DNA of 38,260 nt, taken from positions 1 to 38,260 of the forward strand of contig DATBAK010000054.1 in assembly GCA_036271555.1 (NCBI GenBank). The letters are read 5' to 3'. Position numbers and translations under genes: made by a program. The notes below the pieces were generated by a model. It did no database searches, was not told the DNA's origin, and worked only from the letters and a program-made list of their open reading frames with translations. Origin of the DNA: Acidimicrobiia bacterium. GTDB taxonomy: Bacteria > Actinomycetota > Acidimicrobiia > IMCC26256 > PALSA-610. Shown piece after piece: positions 8,060-15,606 of the stretch; within the stretch, counting starts at the first letter, position 1; each line of letters opens with the position of its first letter.

Positions 8060-9103
8060 TCAGACGTTGAAGCGGATCTCGAGCACGTCGCCGTCGCGCA
8101 CTTCGTACTCCTTGCCCTCGAGCCGGATCTTGTTGAGCTCCTTCGCCTTCGCCCAGGACCCGACGTCGAGCAACTCCTGCCAGTCGATCGCCTCGGCGCG
8201 GATGAAGCCGCGCTGGAGATCGGAGTGGATCACGCCCGCGCACTCGGGCGCGCGGGCGCCGGCGCGGAACGTCCACGCGCGCGTCTCGTCGGGACCGGTC
8301 GTGAGGAACGTGCGCCGGTTCAAGAGCTCGTACGCGCGGCGCGCGAGACGGGGCACGACGCTCTCGCCGATGCCGAACGTCTCGAGCATCTCGAAGCGCT
8401 CGTCGGGCTCGCACGCCGCGATCTCGGACTCGACTTCCACGCACGCGGCGAGCGCGTCGGTCCCGAAGGGCGCGGCGACGGCATCGCCGTCGGCGACCTG
8501 GTCCTCGGCGACGTTCACGACGACGAGATGCGGCTTGCTGGTCAGCAGGAAGCACGGCGCGAGCAACGTGCGCTCGTCCGCGCTCAGCTCCGATCGGTAG
8601 ATCGGGGTACCCGCTTCGAGCACCGTGTGCGCGTGCTCGAGCGCCGCGATCTCGGGCAGCAGCGATTTGTCGCCCTTCGCCGCGCGCCGCTGACGGTCGG
8701 TGCGGCCCTCGACCGTCGCGAGGTCGGCGATCACGAGCTCGAGCTCGAGTCCCGCGAGGTCGCCGGTCGGATCGGCGGGGCCGGCCACCGGGCTGTCGAA
8801 GGCGCGCAGCACGAACAGGATCGCGTCGCAGTTGCGGAGCGCGCCGAGGAAGCGGGTGCCGAGCCCTTCACCGGGCTTCGCGCCGGGCGGGAGCGCGATG
8901 TGCACGAGCTCGAAGCCCGCGTGCACGACCTTCTTCGACTGCGACATCGAGGTGAGCCGCTCGACGCGCTCGTCGGGCACCGGCGCGATCGCGACCGCCG
9001 ACTCGAAGACCCCTGGATCGGGGAGGCCCGTGAGGGCGCTGAAAAGGAGGTTCGAGCCCGCGTCGGAGAGACCGACGAGTCCGAGGTTCTCCATACGGAC
9101 CAT
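8060..9103 (-). CDS. ychF: YchF/Ola1-family ribosome-binding ATPase homolog with degenerate Walker A
   Basis: Full-length collinear similarity to E. coli YchF (ALTGLPDP.., LLTSKPHLVVVNVAED, TGPDETRAWT, IHSDLQRGFIRAE, C-terminal TGS-like EVRDGDVLEIRFNV) but P-loop reads GLVGLSDAGSNLLFSALTG instead of GxVGLPNVGKSTLFNALT. Confidence 0.8.
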   Translation of the reverse strand: MVRMENLGLVGLSDAGSNLLFSALTGLPDPGVFESAVAIAPVPDERVERLTSMSQSKKVVHAGFELVHIALPPGAKPGEGLGTRFLGALRNCDAILFVLRAFDSPVAGPADPTGDLAGLELELVIADLATVEGRTDRQRRAAKGDKSLLPEIAALEHAHTVLEAGTPIYRSELSADERTLLAPCFLLTSKPHLVVVNVAEDQVADGDAVAAPFGTDALAACVEVESEIAACEPDERFEMLETFGIGESVVPRLARRAYELLNRRTFLTTGPDETRAWTFRAGARAPECAGVIHSDLQRGFIRAEAIDWQELLDVGSWAKAKELNKIRLEGKEYEVRDGDVLEIRFNV

Positions 9104-9109
9104 TCTGTC

Positions 9110-9180
9110 TCGTCGCGCTCGCTGCGCTCGCCGCTCCGGACGCCGCAGCCCGCGATTCGGGCGGGCCGCACGGCGACCCG
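9110..9180 (+). repeat. Dispersed intergenic repeat, type I copy with GGGCGGGCCGCACGGCGACCCG tail module
   Basis: tcgtcgcgctcgctgcgctcgccgctccggacgcc...gggcgggccgcacggcgacccg between ychF start and bL37; tail module shared with copies at 20565-20595 and 22045-22075(-). Confidence 0.6.
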
Positions 9181-9241
9181 GCCGTCTGGTGCGAACGTGG
9201 TTCGCCGCCGGACGCGCCCTTCAGGTAGCGTGCCCGTTCTC

Positions 9242-9328
9242 ATGAGCAAGAAGAGCAAGCTCCGTCGACTGCGCGCCCGCCGGAACAAGGCGAACCACGG
9301 CAAGAAGCCGCGCGCCGGCCGCCGTTAA
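9242..9328 (+). CDS. 50S ribosomal protein bL37-like small basic protein (28 aa)
   Basis: ATG 9242, MSKKSKLRRLRARRNKANHGKKPRAGRR, TAA 9326-9328; KANHGKKP core matches mycobacterial bL37 (..KANHGKRPN..). Hidden at the tail of a long antisense ORF (8054..9328). Confidence 0.6.
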   Translation: MSKKSKLRRLRARRNKANHGKKPRAGRR

Positions 9329-9330
9329 TT

Positions 9331-9416
9331 CTGGTCGGGCTCGCAAGCTTCGCCCTCCCCGACGCCTCAATCCCCAGCCGAGGTCGCGCTGCTCGCTTCG
9401 CTCACGCGCTCAGGCG
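9331..9416 (+). repeat. Dispersed intergenic repeat, type II copy (GGTCGGGCTCGCAAGCTTCGCCCTCC...GACGCCTCA)
   Basis: tggtcgggctcgcaagcttcgccctccccgacgcctcaa...gctcgcttcgctcacgcgctcaggcg directly after bL37 stop; supplies stop and C-terminal codons of the convergent membrane protein gene. Confidence 0.65.
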
Positions 9417-9852
9417 CGAACACCGTGCCGTGAGGCAGCCGCGCCCGTTCGAGCCACAGGATCAGGAGCCCGAGGACCGAGGTCGACGCGAGGCTCGCGA
9501 GCAGCGCCACGCTCTGCGTGCCGTCGAACGGTCCGAGATGGCGCGCGTGGTACACGAAGTGCGGCACGCCGTACACGAGCCATCCCAGCGAGGCCGCGAC
9601 GATCGTCGAGCGCGCGAGCGACACGAGCGCGCAGAGGCTGACGACCGCGAGCGCGAGGTTCAGCGCGCCGACGTCGCGCACGAGATGCTCGTTGTACGGC
9701 CCGTCGACCGCGACCCATATCTGTCCGAGGCCCGGGAACTTGTCGTAGAACGAACGGGGCGCGAACGCGGCCCAGCCTCCGACGGTCACGCCCGAGATCG
9801 TCAGGATCGCGAGCAGCACGCGCTGCGCGGCGCCGACTCTGTCGTCACCCAC
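9367..9852 (-). CDS. Hypothetical integral membrane protein (about 4 TM helices)
   Basis: 161 aa, hydrophobic segments VLLAILTISGVTVGGWAAFA, ALNLALAVVSLCALVSLA, SLGWLVYGVPHFVY, VALLASLASTSVLGLLILWL; C-terminal 15 aa encoded inside repeat copy. Confidence 0.55.
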   Translation of the reverse strand: MGDDRVGAAQRVLLAILTISGVTVGGWAAFAPRSFYDKFPGLGQIWVAVDGPYNEHLVRDVGALNLALAVVSLCALVSLARSTIVAASLGWLVYGVPHFVYHARHLGPFDGTQSVALLASLASTSVLGLLILWLERARLPHGTVFAPERVSEASSATSAGD

Positions 9853-10777
9853 GGGAACCTCCTCGTCTCGCGGCGGCGACGGCCTTCCAGCCCTCGACCG
9901 CGCTCGGATGCTCGGGCGCCCAATCGGTCACGCCCGTGAACGCGGCATGGCTGACGCGCTGTGAGCGCATCATCGCCTCGGCCGCGGCGCCACCGAGCTT
10001 CAACATCCACGTCGGCAGGATGCGCAGCGTGCCGAGCCCGAACGCCGCGGCGAACGCGTCCGCGTACTCGCGACGCGTGAGCGGAACGTCGTCGACGACG
10101 TTGTAGACGCCCGCGGGTGCGCGCACCGACGCGGCGACCGCGCGTCCCGCGTCGTCGGTGCCGATCGACGAGAAGTAACCGTCGGGAGCGCCGAGCGCCG
10201 GCGCGAGCTTCCACTTCGCGAGCCCGAGCAGCTCGTCGGTGCTGCGCGCGTCGGCGCCGTAGAACGCACCGAACCGCAGCGCGATACCTGCGCCGCCTTC
10301 GGCCGTGAACCGCTCGACTTCGTGCTCGAGCGCGATCACCGGTCGCATCGCGGCGATCGACGCCTCGACCGGTGAGTGCTCGTCGAGCCACGACGACCCA
10401 CCGTCGCGATAGATGAAGCTGATCGACTCCGCGACGAAGCGGCCGACACCGTTCGCGAGCGCGGCGTCGACGAGCACCCGCGTGCCCGTCTCCCGCAGCT
10501 TGGTGTTCTCGGCCCACGTCGACGCGCGCCACCCGCGCGTGAACGGTGGGATGCGCGTTGCGAGGTGCATGACGGCGTCGATGCCGGCGATCGCGCGCTT
10601 CATGTCGTCGACGTCGTACAGGTTGCCGACGAACGGCTCGGCACCGACCGCCGCGACCACCGCGGCGCGCTCGTCGTTGCGAGCGAGCGCGCGCACCGTG
10701 TGTCCGGAGTCGAGCAGCTGCGCGACCGAGGCTCTTCCGAGCACGCCCGTCGCGCCGGTGACGAAGATCGTTCCCAT
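9845..10777 (-). CDS. NAD(P)-dependent epimerase/dehydratase-family (atypical SDR) oxidoreductase
   Basis: MGTIFVTGATGVLGRASVAQLLDSGHTVRALAR Rossmann N-terminus; 310 aa. Confidence 0.75.
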   Translation of the reverse strand: MGTIFVTGATGVLGRASVAQLLDSGHTVRALARNDERAAVVAAVGAEPFVGNLYDVDDMKRAIAGIDAVMHLATRIPPFTRGWRASTWAENTKLRETGTRVLVDAALANGVGRFVAESISFIYRDGGSSWLDEHSPVEASIAAMRPVIALEHEVERFTAEGGAGIALRFGAFYGADARSTDELLGLAKWKLAPALGAPDGYFSSIGTDDAGRAVAASVRAPAGVYNVVDDVPLTRREYADAFAAAFGLGTLRILPTWMLKLGGAAAEAMMRSQRVSHAAFTGVTDWAPEHPSAVEGWKAVAAARRGGSRG

Positions 10778-10788
10778 GATCAGGCCTT

Positions 10789-10874
10789 TCTGGTCGCGCT
10801 CGCTGCGCTCGCCGCTCGGTGACGCGAGATGGGCCGCCGGCGAGGCCGCCCTGCTCGCTTCGCTCGACGGCTCA
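10789..10874 (+). repeat. Dispersed intergenic repeat, type I copy
   Basis: ctggtcgcgctcgctgcgctcgccgctcggtgacgc...ctgctcgcttcgctcgacggctcagcc between Rrf2 stop and epimerase start. Confidence 0.6.
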
Positions 10875-11378
10875 GCCGCTCACGGCCGTTCCTTTCGTAG
10901 CCGCCTGCAGCCACTCGATGCCCTTGGTGAGCGACGTGGGCGGCGCTTCGGTGAGGACGCCGTGCAGGAGCTCGGCGATCGTCGTGCTGCGCAGCGAGTC
11001 CCGCCACGCCCCGTCGGCGCGGACCATCGCCCGGTGGATGCCGCACACCGTCGAGTACTCCGACGCGCCGACCGCGGAGGGGCCGCGCTTGCGGATCTCG
11101 GTGCAACGGAACGCGGGCTTGGTGCCCTCGAGCGCCTCGACGACGTCGAGCACGGTGAGCTCCGCGGCGGGACGGGCGAGCCGATAGCCGCCCCTCGGTC
11201 CCGGCACCGCGACGAAGACGCCGGCCCGGGTCAGGGTCTGGAGGTGCTTCGCGAGGTAGGGCGCGGGCACGCCATGGAACTCGGCGAGCCGGGCTCCGCT
11301 CAGGCACGCCCCCTCGGGCAGCGCGCCGAGCACGGTCGCGCAGTGGACCGCCCACTCGACGCCGTCCGACATCCGCAT
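10872..11378 (-). CDS. Rrf2-family transcriptional regulator
   Basis: MRMSDGVEWAVHCATVLGALPEG...LSGARLAEFHGVPAPYLAKHLQTLTRAGVFVAVPGPRGGYRLARP winged-HTH typical of Rrf2; start at ATG 11378 (ORF-track N-terminal extension is junk). Confidence 0.8.
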   Translation of the reverse strand: MRMSDGVEWAVHCATVLGALPEGACLSGARLAEFHGVPAPYLAKHLQTLTRAGVFVAVPGPRGGYRLARPAAELTVLDVVEALEGTKPAFRCTEIRKRGPSAVGASEYSTVCGIHRAMVRADGAWRDSLRSTTIAELLHGVLTEAPPTSLTKGIEWLQAATKGTAVSG

Positions 11379-11382
11379 GTTC

Positions 11383-11409
11383 CGGATATTACGTATCCGT
11401 GATATCCGA
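11383..11409. promoter_or_regulatory. AT-rich composite inverted repeat (CGGATAT-N13-ATATCCG with inner GGATA-TTACG-TATCC)
   Basis: Only AT-rich island in the region; lies 5-30 nt upstream of the Rrf2 start (contains TAATAT -10-like hexamer on the Rrf2 strand) and ~170 nt upstream of the TnpB-fragment start. Confidence 0.5.
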
Positions 11410-11581
11410 CGCCAATCCCGCTTGCCGACGTGCGTCCGCGTCCTCCACGATGCGCCCGTCAACGGCATCTTGCAGGACGTCGTCGTCACGCGGCCGCAGG
11501 CGCGAGCGGAGCGAGCGTCGAGGCTCGCCAGGGAGCGCGCGAGTCGGCGACCCGCAGGGGAGCCGGCGAAGGAGCGAGCGA

Positions 11582-12058
11582 ATGAGCACGGCCAACGAAG
11601 TCGACATCCTCCCGGACCCCGATCAGCACGAGCTGCTGGTCGCGACGCTCGAGCGCGTCAACCGGGTCAGCAACGCGGCGCGGGTCGCCGCGCTCGCGCG
11701 CCCGGGCGGCGCGTCGAAGGACGAGCTGCGCGACATCGTCAGCCAGGAGATCGAGAAGGCGAAGCTGCCGGCCGGGTTCCACTCGCCGATCGTCGATCGG
11801 GTGCAGGCCGCGCTCGACAAGCGGCTGAAGAAGTTCTCGACCTACCAGTCGCTGACGCTGCCCGCATCGGCGTTCAAGTGGTCGTCCGACGGCCGGGTCG
11901 CGCTGCCGACCGCGAAGGGCCGCCGCACGATCCGCGTGCGCGTCGACATGACGCGCGGCGGACTGCGGCCGCCGCTCGAGGGTCGCCCGACGTCGATCGT
12001 CTACAGCAACGGCCAGTTCGCCCTCTGGGCCGCCGACGTCGACCGCCGCGAAGACTGA
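11582..12058 (+). pseudogene. Truncated IS200/IS605-family TnpB (OrfB) N-terminal fragment (158 aa)
   Basis: AAGGAG RBS 7 nt upstream; VDILPDPDQHELLVATLERVNRVSNAARVAAL.../...ALDKRLKKF.../...RVALPTAKGRRTIRVRVD...PTSIVYSNGQFALWAADVD aligns with TnpB N-terminus (e.g. ISDra2 [50 protein letters not shown]..); ORF stops at the RuvC-I position (AADVD) and is followed directly by a repeat copy. Confidence 0.6.
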
Positions 12059-12071
12059 GCTCGGTGCTTTC

Positions 12072-12125
12072 CGGTCGCGCTCGCTTCGCTCGCCGCTCCT
12101 GACGCCTCAGCCTTCGGGTCGGACG
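12072..12125 (+). repeat. Dispersed intergenic repeat, type I copy
   Basis: ccggtcgcgctcgcttcgctcgccgctcctgacgcctcagcc between convergent TnpB-fragment and thioesterase genes. Confidence 0.6.
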
Positions 12126-12132
12126 GCGCGCG

Positions 12133-12921
12133 TCAGCGCATCGGTGAGGTGCGCACGATGAGCGATTGCAACGAGCGGCCGACCGGACCGGCGTCGTCGA
12201 AGATCAGCGCCTCGGCGAGACCGGTGCCCTGACCGTCGGCCCACGCGCGCGCGTCGAGGCCGACCCACTCGCCCACGAGCGCGCGGTGCATCGCGATCGT
12301 GAGATCGGCGTTGATCGCGTTCGCGACCATCACGTCGACGGGGTTCCCGATGCCGCTCGCGAAGTCGGCCGCGGCCGCGACGCGCTGCGCCGGGCTCGGC
12401 TCCTCCCCCGCGACGACCGGAACCTTCAGGCGGATCCACGCGCCACCCGGACCGGCACCGCCGAACTGGCCCGACACGATGCAGAGATCGTTCGCGTTCC
12501 AGAACCCGACGCCACGGAGCACCTGCGGATCGAGGTCGATGACCGTGCCGGTGTCGCGCGTCGCGAGCGGTTCGGTCGCGGGCGCGGCGACGACCGAGTG
12601 CTCGACCGTGCGCAACCGCAGGCCGACCGCGCGCGCGACCTCGACATCACCCGCGTGCAGTGTCGCCTCGACCCAGTGCACGAGCTTGCCGGGCCGCAGC
12701 GTGCGCGCCGCGACGGTGAGCGGTTGCAGCGGAACCGGTCGCAGCAGCTCGACGGTGAGGCGCGCGACGAACGGCGCCGGTCCCTCGTCGCACTGCTCGA
12801 CCGCGCGCGCGAGCAGCGCCGACGGTGGTCCGCCGTGCATCGCGTTCGGATCCCACGGGCCGCGCGTGAGCTCACTGGGCACGGCCGTCGGGCCGTCGAT
12901 GACGAAGAGCGCGTCGGACAT
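12133..12921 (-). CDS. Acyl-CoA thioesterase II-like / thioesterase-superfamily (4HBT_3) protein
   Basis: 262 aa; N-terminal GPWDPNAMHGGPPSALLARA hotdog-fold signature of TesB-like thioesterases. Confidence 0.6.
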   Translation of the reverse strand: MSDALFVIDGPTAVPSELTRGPWDPNAMHGGPPSALLARAVEQCDEGPAPFVARLTVELLRPVPLQPLTVAARTLRPGKLVHWVEATLHAGDVEVARAVGLRLRTVEHSVVAAPATEPLATRDTGTVIDLDPQVLRGVGFWNANDLCIVSGQFGGAGPGGAWIRLKVPVVAGEEPSPAQRVAAAADFASGIGNPVDVMVANAINADLTIAMHRALVGEWVGLDARAWADGQGTGLAEALIFDDAGPVGRSLQSLIVRTSPMR

Positions 12922-13008
12922 CGGCGCGGGATCGTAGACAGTTCCGACGACCGATCTGACCGCCCGTCACGTTGACGAGGTGCGTCGCGCTTCCGTAGCG
13001 TCCGCCGC

Positions 13009-13782
13009 GTGCCCAGAACGAGCCTGCTGGACGGCAAGGTCGCGCTGATCACGGGTGCGGGGTCGGGTCAGGGCCGCGCCGCCTCGGTGCTCTTCGCCGA
13101 GCACGGCGCGCGCATCGCCGTCATCGACATCGACGACGACGGCGCCCGCGAGACGGTGGGCCTCGTCGAGGCCGCGGGGAGCAACGCGTTCGCCTTCCAC
13201 GCCGACGTGTCGCGCCGCGCCGACTGCGACGCGATGGTCGCCGCGACGATCTCCCAGCTCGGGCGCCTCGACGTGCTCTACAACAACGCCGCGGTGCAGA
13301 TGTCGGGTCGGCTGGTCGACTGCACCGAAGAGGAGTGGGACCTCACGATCACGACGAACCTCACGGCGATCTTCTATGCGTGCCGCGCCGGTATCCCGCA
13401 CATGATCACCGGCGGATCGGGTTCGATCATCAACACCTCGTCGGTGCTCGGGTTGATCGGCAGCGAGGGCTACGCCGCGTACGGCGCCGCGAAGGCGGGA
13501 TTGGTCGCGCTCACGCGCCAGATCGCGGTCGACTTCGGTCCGGCCGTGCGCGCCAACGTGATCGCGCCGGGCTCGATCGACACGCCCCGCTTCCGCAAGG
13601 TCGCGGACGCGATGCCCGATCCCGAGGGCTTCCTCGCAGGCTTGCGCTCGATGATCCCCGTCGGCCGCCTCGGCGTCGCGGAGGACATCTCGAAGATCGC
13701 GCTGTTCCTCGCGAGCGACGAGTCGAGCTACACGTCGGGCGCGGTCATCCCGTGCGACGGCGGACTGGCGGCCTACCGATGA
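13009..13782 (+). CDS. SDR-family NAD(P)-dependent oxidoreductase
   Basis: GKVALITGAGSGQGRA glycine-rich motif, NNAA, S..Y...K catalytic pattern (YAAYGAAK). Confidence 0.85.
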   Translation: MPRTSLLDGKVALITGAGSGQGRAASVLFAEHGARIAVIDIDDDGARETVGLVEAAGSNAFAFHADVSRRADCDAMVAATISQLGRLDVLYNNAAVQMSGRLVDCTEEEWDLTITTNLTAIFYACRAGIPHMITGGSGSIINTSSVLGLIGSEGYAAYGAAKAGLVALTRQIAVDFGPAVRANVIAPGSIDTPRFRKVADAMPDPEGFLAGLRSMIPVGRLGVAEDISKIALFLASDESSYTSGAVIPCDGGLAAYR

Positions 13783-14543
13783 GCGAAGCGCGGGTGGCAG
13801 TGGTCACGGGTGGTGGCGCGGGGCTCGGCGCGGCGATCGCCGAGCGGCTCGCAAGCGAGCAGCACTGTGTGGTGGTCGCCGACATCGACCAAATCCGCGC
13901 GCTCGCGGTCGCGGAGCGCATCGGCGCGACCGGCGGCGACGCGGAAGCGAGGACGGTCGACGTTCGCAGCGAGGCTGAGGTCGCGGCGATGGTCGACGCC
14001 GTCGTCGAACGGCACGGCCGCCTCGACGTGCTCGTGTGCAGCGCGGCGATCGAGACCCGTTCGTCGGTCGTCGAGTGCACCGACGACGACTGGCAGCGCG
14101 TCCTCGACGTCAACCTCAAGGGCCCGTTCCTCTGCATGAAGCACGCGATCCCCGCAATGGTGCGCAACAGATCGGGGTCGGTGGTGCTGATGGGCTCGGT
14201 GCTCGGCAGCATCGGCGCGCCCGGCTACGCGGCGTACTGCGCGTCGAAGGGCGCGCTCGTGAACCTCGCCAAGCAGGCCGCGATCGAGCACGCGCCCGAC
14301 GGCGTGCGCGTGAACGTGGTCTCGCCGTCGGCGACCGACACCGGACTCTTCATGGAGGTCGCCGCGCAGGCGCCCGACCCCGACAAGATCATCAAGATGG
14401 TCGCGTCCAGCAATCCGATGCGGCGGCTCGGCACCGCGGCCGAGGTCTGCGACGCAGTGTCGTTCCTCGCGTCGGACCGCTCGACCTACACGAGCGGCAC
14501 CGTGCTCGCGCTCGACGGCGCGATGGCGGCGCGGCGGAGCTGA
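13779..14543 (+). CDS. SDR-family NAD(P)-dependent oxidoreductase (second, tandem)
   Basis: ATG 13779 overlapping previous stop (ATGA); VAVVTGGGAGLGAA, YAAYCASK. Confidence 0.85.
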   Translation: MSEARVAVVTGGGAGLGAAIAERLASEQHCVVVADIDQIRALAVAERIGATGGDAEARTVDVRSEAEVAAMVDAVVERHGRLDVLVCSAAIETRSSVVECTDDDWQRVLDVNLKGPFLCMKHAIPAMVRNRSGSVVLMGSVLGSIGAPGYAAYCASKGALVNLAKQAAIEHAPDGVRVNVVSPSATDTGLFMEVAAQAPDPDKIIKMVASSNPMRRLGTAAEVCDAVSFLASDRSTYTSGTVLALDGAMAARRS

Positions 14544-14544
14544 C

Positions 14545-15606
14545 GTGGCCGGGCGACCCGCGCGGGTCCTCGACGCCGACGCGCACGTCATCGAGCCGGG
14601 CGGCACCTTCGGGCCCGCGCACCGCAGCGACCTGAACCCGATGGACCTGCCGGCGACGACGCCGTTCGTCGCGTGCGGCGGCGCGGACCTCACCGACCAG
14701 TGGGACCACGGCTTCGACGCGCCGTCGTACCTGCGGGCGATGGATCAGCAGGGCATCGACGCGGTCGTGCTGTATCCGTCGGTCGGGTTGTTCGTGCCGT
14801 ACCAACCCGAGCTCGACGCGGCCGAGAACGACGACGCCTGCCGGCGCTACGACGACTGGGTCGCCTCGTACTGCGCGCACGAGCCGCGCCGGCTCGCGGC
14901 GTCGGGCATCGCGCCGCTCGCGGACCCGCCGCGCGCGGCCGCGGAGACGCGTCGCGCCGCGGAGCTCGGTCTCGTCGCGATGATGGCGCGCCCGAATCAT
15001 CTCTACGGCCGCAACCTCGGCGACCGCGCCTACGACCCGTTCTACGACGCGCTCGAGGAGACGGGGCTCGTGCTCGCGGTGCACGAAGGACTCGGTCTGC
15101 GCGGCGACACGATCGGCCGCACGCGTTTCGACGGCTTCGCGCTGCGGCATGCACTCTCGCACCCGCTCGAGCAGATGGCCGCGATGGCGAGCCTCGTGCT
15201 CGAAGGCGCGCTCGAACGGCACCCGAATCTGCGGGTCGCGTTCCTCGAATCCGGGACCGGCTGGGTGCCGTACTGGCTCGCACGCCTCGACGACCACCGC
15301 GAGTGGATGGCCGAGAGCGAGACGAAGGACCTCTCGCTGTCGGCGTCGGAGTACTTCGCGCGCCAGTGCGTCGTGTCGAGCGATCCCGAGGACGCACTCG
15401 CGTCGTCGAGCGTGCGCGCACTCGGCGCCGACCACGTGATCTGGGCCAGCGACTTCCCGCACCCCGACGCGGAGTTTCCCGGCGCGGTGAGCGAGTTCGT
15501 CGACGCGCGCGCGGCCGAGCTCAGCGCCGACGAGCTCGACGCGGTCCTCTGGGGTACGCCCGTCGAGTTCTACCGACTGGACGCGCGCTTCACGACCACG
15601 GCGTGA
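14545..15606 (+). CDS. Amidohydrolase-2 (ACMSD-like) family metal-dependent hydrolase
   Basis: 353 aa; ...VLAVHEG..., FLESGTGWVPYWLARLDDH, HVIWASDFPHPDAEFPG pattern of PF04909. Confidence 0.7.
   Translation: MAGRPARVLDADAHVIEPGGTFGPAHRSDLNPMDLPATTPFVACGGADLTDQWDHGFDAPSYLRAMDQQGIDAVVLYPSVGLFVPYQPELDAAENDDACRRYDDWVASYCAHEPRRLAASGIAPLADPPRAAAETRRAAELGLVAMMARPNHLYGRNLGDRAYDPFYDALEETGLVLAVHEGLGLRGDTIGRTRFDGFALRHALSHPLEQMAAMASLVLEGALERHPNLRVAFLESGTGWVPYWLARLDDHREWMAESETKDLSLSASEYFARQCVVSSDPEDALASSSVRALGADHVIWASDFPHPDAEFPGAVSEFVDARAAELSADELDAVLWGTPVEFYRLDARFTTTA

Noticed and set aside
8054-9328. 424-aa + strand ORF antisense to ychF
   Set aside because: Junk composition except for its last 28 codons, which are the independent bL37-like gene with its own ATG at 9242.
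9338-9356. Possible hairpin in type II repeat core around the AAGCTT palindrome (GGGCTCGCAAGCTTCGCCC)
   Set aside because: Attempted base pairing gives only 4 terminal GC pairs with mismatched interior; not a convincing stem-loop.
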